DNA from: Candidatus Eiseniibacteriota bacterium
Lineage (GTDB): Bacteria > Eisenbacteria > RBG-16-71-46
Length of the DNA: 64,000 bases
NCBI GenBank assembly: GCA_044223005.1
Contig: JBGAML010000001.1
Span: 288,001-352,000, forward strand
Reading direction: 5' to 3'
This document shows, piece after piece, positions 28,778 through 36,836 of this stretch. Position 1 is the first letter of the stretch. The number at the start of each line of letters is the position of its first letter. The position numbers and the translations under genes are program-made. The notes beneath the pieces are model-generated. The model did no database searches and was not told where the DNA came from. It worked only from the letters and a program-made list of their open reading frames with translations.

Positions 28778-28807
28778 GGCGGCCCCCTTCGGACGCGTCC
28801 AGCATAG

Positions 28808-29665
28808 CTAGCCGTTGGCGTGTATAGACAGTAGATACAAACTGGCCCTCGAGATTTGGAGGGGCCTGCCATGGAGAATTGCATTTAGACGACCGGAGCT
28901 TCTGATCGCCACTGCAATTGCATCGGCGATCTCCAACTCGATCTCGGCCGGCGGGATCATGGGCTTGTCGCAGTTGACAAGCGATTGCGTTGCGCGTGCC
29001 GCAAGTCCACGAAGCACGGCTTCATTGGTGGCCAGAAAGCCCTTGCCCAACCCCCAGCGTCGTTCATGCGACCGAACCCAGTCATAGCTGAGCTTCCATT
29101 CGGCGACCCACGCGTCAGGAAATGGAGCGCCCGGGCCCTTCAGTTGCTTGAATGGTGATGATCGTGCGGGCAGATGTGCTTCCAAGCGGAGAGGCTGCGA
29201 TCCGACGCGGAGGACAAGATTCCTGATTAGCAAACCCACGCCTTTGTACCATCCGGTTTCGGAACCAACCATCAAGGTTGCGATCGTAGCGCCGACCGCT
29301 GGTGCGGACAGGCAAGCTATTAAGAGGGCGAGAGCGAAGGGGTTGCCGGAGATCGCGAACCGCCGCGTTTGAATGCTGTGATTCAGGAATAGGAATGCGA
29401 GCGTGGTGCTCGCCAGCACAGCCAGCGCCGCCAAGAGTATCCACAGCGGACGAGCGGATTGAGCGAGCGCGGCACGGGCGGTCGCATCCTTCTCTTCCTC
29501 AGATGCCAGCGCATTGATGAATACGTTTGCGTACCAGAGCAGCACGGTTACATAGAGCGCTGCCGTGGTAGTCGACAGCGCCAAGATTGCCAGCGTCGGG
29601 TCGGAACTGGTTGCGGCTGCGGCTGCGACCGCAGCTTTCCCTGATATTAGGCAGACATGGCACAT
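28808..29665 (-). CDS. Hypothetical membrane protein (3 predicted TM + soluble C-terminal domain)
   Basis: 285-aa ORF with three hydrophobic stretches in the N-terminal half; stop 30 bp before the KAP start. Start uncertain. Confidence 0.65.
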   Translation of the reverse strand: MCHVCLISGKAAVAAAAATSSDPTLAILALSTTTAALYVTVLLWYANVFINALASEEEKDATARAALAQSARPLWILLAALAVLASTTLAFLFLNHSIQTRRFAISGNPFALALLIACLSAPAVGATIATLMVGSETGWYKGVGLLIRNLVLRVGSQPLRLEAHLPARSSPFKQLKGPGAPFPDAWVAEWKLSYDWVRSHERRWGLGKGFLATNEAVLRGLAARATQSLVNCDKPMIPPAEIELEIADAIAVAIRSSGRLNAILHGRPLQISRASLYLLSIHANG

Positions 29666-29673
29666 GAGTTATG

Positions 29674-29702
29674 GATATCATGCGTTGCCATGATGTCGTC
29701 AA
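29674..29702 (-). promoter_or_regulatory. Putative promoter with overlapping operator palindrome
   Basis: Minus-strand TTGACG at 29697-29702; palindrome GATATCATG-N6-CATGATGTC at 29674-29697. Confidence 0.4.
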
Positions 29703-29866
29703 GCAGAATCTACCCTCGTCCCGGCTGGTGCGGCTCGTTTGGTTTCTCAGCGCCCGTAGTGGCGAGCGCTTGGCGCCAGGGGCATCTCGCCGACGGATCG
29801 GCGAATCGCTTGCGCAGTTGATGGGGCCCTCAGGCGAGCGCCAGCCCAATGGTGACACACACCACC

Positions 29867-29892
29867 GCCCCGGCACCTTTCGGCGCCGGGGC
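29867..29892 (-). terminator. Hairpin terminator
   Basis: GCCCCGGCACC-TTTC-GGCGCCGGGGC after the stop at 29920. Confidence 0.55.
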
Positions 29893-29919
29893 AGTTCGTA
29901 TCCAGATGCCGGGGGACGA

Positions 29920-30957
29920 TCAGAACATCCGGTACGTGAAGCCCAGGGCGAGGACTTCCTTGAACTGGCCGGCCTTGCGGGTGCTGTGGTCCACCACCGC
30001 GGCGCGCTCGACGAGCGGCTTGGTGTTGTCGAGGTTCGCGGCGGCGTCGTACTTGTCGTAGATCCACTGCGTGACCAGGTTCACCGAGATCGCCTTGGTG
30101 ATCTGGGCCGAGAACGTGTTCTGCAGGTTCACGTCCGGCGCCCTCCAGAAGTCGGCGGCGGCTTCGTGCGTCACGGCGCCACCGGAGGCGGCCACGTCCT
30201 GGTCGAACTGCTTCAGGGCGCTCGAGCCGGAGTAGAAGACGGGCTGGAACACGAGCAGCGAGCCGGTCCAGAGCACCTTCTTCTGCAGTATCGGCTGCTT
30301 CACGTTGGTCTGCCATTCGATGCCGCCGTCGTTGGCACTGAAGCTCGCGGTGGTCTTCGGGTTCACCGACAGCAGCGTCTTGCCCATCGTCTGGCGGAAG
30401 CCGAAGCCGAGTCGCGTGATCGCTTCGCGATCCTCGGCCTTGTACAGCACGCGCGCCAGACCGGCGGATTCCTTGAGCTTGATCGGGTTCAGGCTCAGCG
30501 AGCCGAGCGGGTTGCTCTGGTCGAGGAACTGCGACTCCGCGCGCAGCGCGAGGTACGGATCGACGACCTTCTCGAGCGTCCAGCGGCCCGTCGACTCGAA
30601 CAGGATCTGGTCCGTGGTCTTGTCGGGCGTGCTCCACACGCGCTCGCCGGGATGCGACGGGTCGTCTTCCTGGCGCGTGGTCTGGCCGTAGGCGAGCGTC
30701 AGCTGCGAGGAGCTGTTGAAGCTCTTCGAGAACTGGCGCTCGGCGTTGCTCACCGAGCCCAGCACCCACACGGCCGAGCCCTTGTCACCGCCCGACCAAT
30801 TGGTGCTGAACGAGCTCTGCGACAGGTTGAGCGACACCTGCTCGCCGAACTTCCACGGACCGGGCTCGATCGGCTTGGGCGGATCGGCGGCATGGACGGC
30901 GGCAGGCGCGGACAGCGCGACGATCGCGAGCAGCGTGAAGGCGGACATGCGGCGCAT
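29920..30957 (-). CDS. DUF3078-like outer-membrane beta-barrel protein
   Basis: Signal peptide; SLNLSQSSFSTNWSGG; KTTDQI; QFKEVLALGFTYRMF. Confidence 0.8.
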   Translation of the reverse strand: MRRMSAFTLLAIVALSAPAAVHAADPPKPIEPGPWKFGEQVSLNLSQSSFSTNWSGGDKGSAVWVLGSVSNAERQFSKSFNSSSQLTLAYGQTTRQEDDPSHPGERVWSTPDKTTDQILFESTGRWTLEKVVDPYLALRAESQFLDQSNPLGSLSLNPIKLKESAGLARVLYKAEDREAITRLGFGFRQTMGKTLLSVNPKTTASFSANDGGIEWQTNVKQPILQKKVLWTGSLLVFQPVFYSGSSALKQFDQDVAASGGAVTHEAAADFWRAPDVNLQNTFSAQITKAISVNLVTQWIYDKYDAAANLDNTKPLVERAAVVDHSTRKAGQFKEVLALGFTYRMF

Positions 30958-31368
30958 CGGCAGGATCTCCGGAAGTTGGTACTCGGCCCGAGGGGCCCGA
31001 AGGAAGCACGGCGGTGGCACGTCCGGAGGTTCCCCTTGCAACTCTACCGGTCTATGAACGTGCACACCGCCGCATCCTGAAGAGAGTACGGGCGCGCCGT
31101 CAACGCACCGGCGAGGCAGTCGCCGCGCGATCCGAAGGGGGTTCGGTTCGGGACGCGCACCGTACTCGTATGTCTTGTCGCCGGCCGGGCGGTGTGCTCG
31201 GGGCAGTTCCACGCCGCAATGCGAGAGGTACACCGCGCCGGCCAGCGAAAACCTGTTTGGACGCGCGAGAGGACTCCTCCGCCTTCCCGGAGAACGACCC
31301 CATCCCCCCCCGAGGTGTAGGGCGTTTCCATTCCAGCTTCGGCGCCGTTCCGCGCGCGTCCGGCCTTC

Positions 31369-31541
31369 AGACAGTGGTCCGGGGCAAAAGTCACATCGCC
31401 CGGGCGGTCCGCGGCGAGAGTCCCTTTTCACGTTGCCCGAACTGCGGTTACAGTCCGCCCACTTCGCGCTCGCGGGCCGGCGAGCCACGTTCGTTCGTGC
31501 CCGCAAGGAATGACGTGACCTTGAAGAGACTTCGGTTGTCC
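31369..31541. promoter_or_regulatory. Two divergent ECF-type promoter candidates
   Basis: Plus strand: GTGACC-N17-GTCC (31515-31541). Minus strand: GTGACT-N16-GTCT (31394-31369). Confidence 0.4.
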
Positions 31542-31557
31542 ACCGAAGAAGGGCCCC

Positions 31558-32133
31558 ATGACGGACGACGAAGCCCTGGTCCGCGCGGCGCTCGAGGCGC
31601 CCGAGGGCGACACGCAGGCGTTCGAGCAGCTGGTGCGCCGCCACCAGTCCAAGGTGCTGGCCAACTGCCGGCACCTGACGCGCTCGGCCGACGACGCCGA
31701 GGACCTGGCGCAGGAAGTGTTCGTGAAGGTGTTCTTCAAGCTGCAGAGCTTCGAGGGCCGCTCGAAGTTCCTCACATGGGTGCAGCGCATCAAGGTCAAT
31801 CACTGCCTCAACTTCCTCAAGGCGAAGCGAGGCCGCGCGTTCCTCGACGTGGACGACGCGGTGGTCGCGAGCGAGCCGGCACTCAAGGTGCCGGACGCGA
31901 GCCTGCCGAAGGTGGAGCGCGACCAGATGCGGGCGCGCATCCGCGAAGTGCTGGACGCGATGCCCGATTCGCTGCGGGTGCCGCTGGTGATGAGTGACGT
32001 GGACGAGATGTCGTACGCCGAGATCCAGGCGGAGCTCAAGCTGGGGCTCTCGGCGGTGAAGATGCGCATTGCCCGCGCGCGGCAGGAGTTCCGGCGGCGC
32101 TGGGCGGAAGTGCAACCGGCGGAGCAATCATGA
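31558..32133 (+). CDS. ECF RNA polymerase sigma factor
   Basis: AFEQLVRRH, DAEDLAQEVF, FEGRSKFLTWVQRI, MSYAEI, AVKMRIARAR. Confidence 0.95.
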   Translation: MTDDEALVRAALEAPEGDTQAFEQLVRRHQSKVLANCRHLTRSADDAEDLAQEVFVKVFFKLQSFEGRSKFLTWVQRIKVNHCLNFLKAKRGRAFLDVDDAVVASEPALKVPDASLPKVERDQMRARIREVLDAMPDSLRVPLVMSDVDEMSYAEIQAELKLGLSAVKMRIARARQEFRRRWAEVQPAEQS

Positions 32134-32381
32134 CGGACGACACCCTGGGCCCGATCGGTGCGACGAACGAGGCGGACGAGCGAATCCGCGAATTGGCGGA
32201 GCTCCGCGAGGAGCCTTCCGCGCGCTTCGTGGGCCAGGTGATGGATGGCATCAACGCGCGGCAGACGAGCGCGCAGGCGATCGAGATGACGTGGTGGGGC
32301 GCGACCAAGCTCGTGTTCGAGCTGATCGAGTCCTTCCTCGACGCGGTCGGCCTGCGGCCCAACCGCCCGAACGGAGAGTGA
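32130..32381 (+). CDS. Small protein, possible anti-sigma factor
   Basis: Overlaps the sigma stop; EPSARFVGQVM resembles the P..F...VM linker of anti-sigmas. Confidence 0.6.
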   Translation: MTDDTLGPIGATNEADERIRELAELREEPSARFVGQVMDGINARQTSAQAIEMTWWGATKLVFELIESFLDAVGLRPNRPNGE

Positions 32382-32384
32382 GCC

Positions 32385-33230
32385 GTGACGCAGACCTTCT
32401 CGATCCGTGACGCGCTGCTGCAGGTGCTGGGGCAGCTCGGGCAGGGCGCGATCAGCTTCGCACCGCGGTTCATCACCGCGCTGATCCTCGTGCTGATCGG
32501 CTGGATCATCGCGGTGATCCTGCGCATGGTGCTTTCGCAGGTGTTCCAGCGCATCGGCGCCGACGCGGCGATCGAGCGCGCGGGGCTCATGGACAGCTTC
32601 CGCCGGATCGGCCTGAACGAGCCGATGCGCGTGCTGGTGCCCGCGCTGCTCTTCTGGCTCGTGATGCTGCTCTTCATCCAGAGCGCGGCCGACATGGTCG
32701 GCATGAAGCAGATCTCCGACGGCATCACCGGCTTCTTCGCGTTCCTGCCGAACGTGCTCTCGGCGTTCGTGATCCTGGTGCTCGGCAACGCGTTCGGCCA
32801 GTTCCTGGGCAAGATCGCCACCAACTACGCGCGCGACTCGGGTCTCGCCTTCGCGCGCTCGCTCGGCAGCGCATTGTCGGGATTCACGCTGTTCGTGGTC
32901 TCGATCGTGGCGCTGGGCCAGCTCCACGTGGACACGCGCATCCTCAACATCCTCACGATCGTCATCTTCTCGGGGCTGGCGCTCGCGTTCGGGCTCACGT
33001 TCGGGCTCGGCACGCGCGACACCACGCGCCACCTCGTGGCGGGCTTCTACGCGCGGCGGCACTTCGGCGCCGGCCAGCGCGTGGAGATCGCGGGCCAGTC
33101 GGGTACCCTGCGTTCGATCTCGGCGGTGCAGACGCTGCTCGACGCGAACGGCCGCACCGTGGCCGTGCCGAACGCCACGTTCCTCGACCAGGTCGTGCAC
33201 CGCGACGACGCCGTTCCGCCGACTGCCTGA
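32385..33230 (+). CDS. Small-conductance mechanosensitive channel family protein (TM-helix repeat, CmpX-like)
   Basis: Two PR/PN..ALILVLIG repeats; LAFGLTFGLG; GQRVEIAGQSG; VAVPN. Confidence 0.85.
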   Translation: MTQTFSIRDALLQVLGQLGQGAISFAPRFITALILVLIGWIIAVILRMVLSQVFQRIGADAAIERAGLMDSFRRIGLNEPMRVLVPALLFWLVMLLFIQSAADMVGMKQISDGITGFFAFLPNVLSAFVILVLGNAFGQFLGKIATNYARDSGLAFARSLGSALSGFTLFVVSIVALGQLHVDTRILNILTIVIFSGLALAFGLTFGLGTRDTTRHLVAGFYARRHFGAGQRVEIAGQSGTLRSISAVQTLLDANGRTVAVPNATFLDQVVHRDDAVPPTA

Positions 33231-33279
33231 TCCCCACCGCGCGGCCCCGCGCGCGGCTTCGAATCCCACCGGAGGAACC

Positions 33280-34056
33280 ATGAACCGCATCACCCCGCTG
33301 CACCTCGCGATCGCCCTGCTGCTCGCGGCCGCCCCCGCGTTCGCGCAGGGCGTCACCGAACCCGCGCCCACCACGCAGGACTCCCTGCACGCGACCACGC
33401 CCGCGCCCGAGACGCTGCCGCCCACGGCCACGCCGGCGCCCGCGGCGCCCGTCGCGCCCGCGCCGCCGCCGCCAGTGCCCGTGCGCGCGACGCCGCAGCC
33501 GACGCGCCCGCACGTAGTGATCCCGCGCGCCGACGGCAACATCCGCGCCGAGCGCGACCAGATGAAGATCATGGCCGACGCGGCCGACGGCGACCTGCTC
33601 GCGGCCAAGCGCGCGGGCGCCGAAGCGCGCGGCGTGGTCGAGATCACCAAGCGCGACATCGACGCGATCGCAGCGCGCATCAAGGCCGCCAAGCAGGCCA
33701 AGGACGACGCGACGCGCCAGCCGCTCGAGGCCGACCGCAAGCGGCAGGAAGGCGTGCGCGATTTCTTCGAGAAGCTGGTCGACGCGCAGGACGCGGCGGC
33801 GGACGAGGCGCAGGCGCGCGGCGAGTTCGCGCGCGCGGCCGTGCGCACCGACGAGCTCGAGCTGCAGCTGGTCGGCCGCTCGGGCGTGTCGGCGTACGAC
33901 GCGGACCCGGCGCTCTTCAAGCTCGAGCAGCAGTACCTCGAGGCCCAGAAGGCCCGCGGCGCCGCCGAGGAGAAGGCCGCGAACCGCGCGCAGACGCTGT
34001 CGGACCGGCGCCTGCGGCTCTATCGCGCCTGGAGCGACTACCTGACCGGCAAGTGA
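33280..34056 (+). CDS. Secreted Pro-rich/coiled-coil protein
   Basis: GGAGG RBS; signal ending AFA; Pro-rich linker followed by a long charged helix. Confidence 0.75.
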   Translation: MNRITPLHLAIALLLAAAPAFAQGVTEPAPTTQDSLHATTPAPETLPPTATPAPAAPVAPAPPPPVPVRATPQPTRPHVVIPRADGNIRAERDQMKIMADAADGDLLAAKRAGAEARGVVEITKRDIDAIAARIKAAKQAKDDATRQPLEADRKRQEGVRDFFEKLVDAQDAAADEAQARGEFARAAVRTDELELQLVGRSGVSAYDADPALFKLEQQYLEAQKARGAAEEKAANRAQTLSDRRLRLYRAWSDYLTGK

Positions 34057-34072
34057 GTCCCCCGCGTACGCG

Positions 34073-34106
34073 AACGGCCGCGCCCGGTGCTCCGGGCGCG
34101 GCCGTT
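34073..34106. terminator. Bidirectional terminator
   Basis: Perfect 15-bp stem AACGGCCGCGCCCGG-TGCT-CCGGGCGCGGCCGTT followed by a T-rich tail. Confidence 0.75.
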
Positions 34107-34123
34107 TCGTTTCGCGCGCGTGG

Positions 34124-36028
34124 CTACTTCAGCATCTCGCGCAGCACGATCACCAGCGGCACGGCCTTGCCGCCGCGGTTCACGGTGAGGCTCACGCGCG
34201 TGCCGTCGGGCTGGTTCTCGAGCACGTCGTCGAGCGCGATCGGATCCCACTCCCCGGCCGGCTTGCCCTGGACCGACGTCACGGTCTCGCCCTCGCGCAG
34301 TCCGGCCTTCGCCGCCGGCGAGTCCGGCAGCACCGAGATCGCGTCGATCCGGTCGGGCGACCAGCCGAGCATCAGGCCGGTGCGCGTGAAGCGGTCGCGG
34401 TCCGCGATCCGCTTGCCGGGCTCGAGCCACACGTGGCGGCCTTCGTAGTCCAGCGTCACGCGGAAGCGCTCGAGGATCCGGTTGCCGATGTTGCCCGCGA
34501 AGTCCTCGCTCGCGAACGCGCCCTCTTCGGCGCGCGCGACGGTCACCATCGGGTCGCGCCACGTCGACGCGCCCAGCGTCATGGAGCGCATGCGGCCGAG
34601 GACGCTGCTGAACGTGCCGCCGAAGCCGGCGCCGCTCACTTCGCGCGCGTCGCGCAACCGGCGCTCGAGCCCGTACCGGCGCGCGAACGGCGTGTGGATG
34701 TCGACCGTCGAGCTGCTGCCCACGTCGAGCCGGAACTGGCCCGCGTACTTGCCGTCGAGCGTCGCCTCGATCGAGGGCACCGTGCCGTTCAGCTTCATCG
34801 GCAGCGCCGGGGCCCGGCCGTCGTAGCGGAACGTCTTCGGGTCGTGCAGCACGAGCCTGCCCGAGTCGTAGTCGATCGTGACGACGAAGCGGCTGATCAC
34901 GTCGTAGCCGAGGATGCCCGCGAAGTTGCGCCAGAAGTAGCGCGAGAACATGGGCGTCACGGTCAGCACGCCGACGCGCAGGTCGTGCACCTCGATGCCG
35001 TCGCCGTCGGGCCCCTTCACCGCCAGCGAGGGCAGCGTCGCGAACGAGATGCTGCCGGACGCGCCGGCGCCCGCCGCCTGCATCATGCCCTGGACCTGGA
35101 TGCCGTGCTGGGCGGCCCAGGAGCTGTCGAGCACGGTGACACTCGCGCCGGTGTCGAACAGGAAGTCCTCCTCGCGCCCGCCGTCGATCGACGCTCGCAG
35201 CCAGACGTGGCGCGCGCGGTAGTCGAACGGCAGCGTCGCGACGCCTTCGGTGCGGAGCCAGTGGAGCGCGTTGACGTGCGTGGTGTCGGGCATCGCGAAC
35301 GCCACGCGCGAGACGTCGATGTTGATCGCGAACGAGTCGGTCACCGTCTTCATCTGGTTCATGGGCATGCTCGGGATGCGCGTCGTGGTCGTGTACGCGC
35401 GCATGCGCCCGCCCGAGCGGCGGTAGTCCGAGAGTTCCGTGATGACGAACGACTGGTCGCGCGGCGTCTCCTCGCGCGCGAGCAGGCCGGTCGCGTCGGC
35501 GAACCACAGCCGCCGCGGCTTCGCGTCGCTCTGCCCCGGCGCCGTGATCGCGAGCACGGTGTAGGTGCCGCTCGAGTCTCGCTCGTGACCGGCGACGGTC
35601 GCGCGGCCGCCCGAGAGCCCGGGCTCCGACCAGCGCTCCATCGAGAACCAGGTCGAGATCTGCGCGTCGAGCGAATCCCGGTCGGTCAGCTTCACGAGCC
35701 GCCCGGTGGTGGGATCCGTGCGCCAGCTCGTGGCGCCGTCGACGCCCTCGGCGAGATTGAACGGGCCGAGTTCGGTGCGGCTGTACTGGCGGTCGGGGCG
35801 CGCGCTCCACGACTCGATCGTGCCGTTGAACCCGAACGCTTCGAGACGTCCGTGCATGTAGAGCGTCTGCTCGGCGGCGCTGGCGGCGGCGCCGCCGGTC
35901 GCGTCGAGGTAGCGCGCGATCACCTTGGCGGCCTCGGGGGTCGCCTGCGCGCGGGCCGCGCGGGCGGAAACGAGCGACGCGAGGGCCGCGAGCACGAGCA
36001 GCAGCGTCCGTGAGGTGCGAACGATCAT
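34124..36028 (-). CDS. Secreted aspartyl protease (two retropepsin-like domains) with C-terminal PDZ
   Basis: FLFDTGASVT..GILGYD; FRLDVGSS..GNIGN; SPAAKAGLREG (PDZ). Confidence 0.88.
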   Translation of the reverse strand: MIVRTSRTLLLVLAALASLVSARAARAQATPEAAKVIARYLDATGGAAASAAEQTLYMHGRLEAFGFNGTIESWSARPDRQYSRTELGPFNLAEGVDGATSWRTDPTTGRLVKLTDRDSLDAQISTWFSMERWSEPGLSGGRATVAGHERDSSGTYTVLAITAPGQSDAKPRRLWFADATGLLAREETPRDQSFVITELSDYRRSGGRMRAYTTTTRIPSMPMNQMKTVTDSFAINIDVSRVAFAMPDTTHVNALHWLRTEGVATLPFDYRARHVWLRASIDGGREEDFLFDTGASVTVLDSSWAAQHGIQVQGMMQAAGAGASGSISFATLPSLAVKGPDGDGIEVHDLRVGVLTVTPMFSRYFWRNFAGILGYDVISRFVVTIDYDSGRLVLHDPKTFRYDGRAPALPMKLNGTVPSIEATLDGKYAGQFRLDVGSSSTVDIHTPFARRYGLERRLRDAREVSGAGFGGTFSSVLGRMRSMTLGASTWRDPMVTVARAEEGAFASEDFAGNIGNRILERFRVTLDYEGRHVWLEPGKRIADRDRFTRTGLMLGWSPDRIDAISVLPDSPAAKAGLREGETVTSVQGKPAGEWDPIALDDVLENQPDGTRVSLTVNRGGKAVPLVIVLREMLK

Positions 36029-36277
36029 GGTGCGGTTCGATCTCCGTGGGTCATGGGGGGAGATCCCCGGCGGGACTCGGGCGCCGCCGGGACCGGCGGG
36101 CCTTCACGGGGTGTCATCGGCAGGAGCCTAACCGATCCTGCGCTCGCGCCAAGCGCGCCGGGCGGTTTCCCGGCCGCGTTCGACACGTGGCGGCCGCCGC
36201 GGGGCGTTGCGCCGCGTGGCGGCCGCGTGCTAGTGCTGGGGCCTCGCCCCGCTTCCCGGGCATCGAAAGGAGATCGC

Positions 36278-36763
36278 ATGATCCGTCGTACCCTCGGCGC
36301 CCTGCTCCTCGCCGGATTCCTTCCGTGCGCCGCGCACGCCGCCGGCACCTTCGCGACGTTCGGCCCCCACCTGGGCTTCTCGACCGACCCGAACCAGGTC
36401 GTGTTCGGAGGCCAGCTGCAGATGGTGGATGTGGCCCCGGACCTCGACTTCGTGCCCGGAGTGGACGTGGGCCTCGGCGACCACGCGACGCTGGTCTCGT
36501 TGAACGGCGACTTCCACTACCGGCTCAAGATCCAGGGCGCGACCTGGCAGCCCTACGTGGGCGCGGGACTCGCGGTGCACTTCTTCTCGTGGGACTCGGG
36601 CTTCGGCCCGCACGGCAACGACACGGTCGGCGGCGGCAGCCTGATCTTCGGCGCCGACGTGCCCACCAAGACGGGCTCGCGTTTCTTCGCCGAAGGCAAG
36701 CTCGCACTGGGCGACGGCCCGTCGTTCAAGGCGCTCGCGGGCTGGCACTTCCGCATGCGCTGA
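36278..36763 (+). CDS. Small outer-membrane beta-barrel protein
   Basis: AAGGAG RBS; signal peptide; WQPYVGAGL; FFAEGK; AGWHF. Confidence 0.75.
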   Translation: MIRRTLGALLLAGFLPCAAHAAGTFATFGPHLGFSTDPNQVVFGGQLQMVDVAPDLDFVPGVDVGLGDHATLVSLNGDFHYRLKIQGATWQPYVGAGLAVHFFSWDSGFGPHGNDTVGGGSLIFGADVPTKTGSRFFAEGKLALGDGPSFKALAGWHFRMR

Positions 36764-36836
36764 CGACGCATCGCTGCGAAACACGCGAACGCCGGGGTGG
36801 ATGATCCGCCCCGGCGTTCGTGCGTCGGGTGCGCCG

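Larger units (their letters stand above)
25404..29760. mobile_element. Horizontally acquired island (AT-richer than flanks)
   Basis: Visible abrupt change in base composition and third-codon usage; contains an IS remnant and two unusual genes. Boundaries approximate. Confidence 0.75.

Noticed and set aside
26042..29644. Short plus-strand ORFs inside the island
   Set aside because: They are antisense to the KAP and TM genes and lack motifs or RBS.
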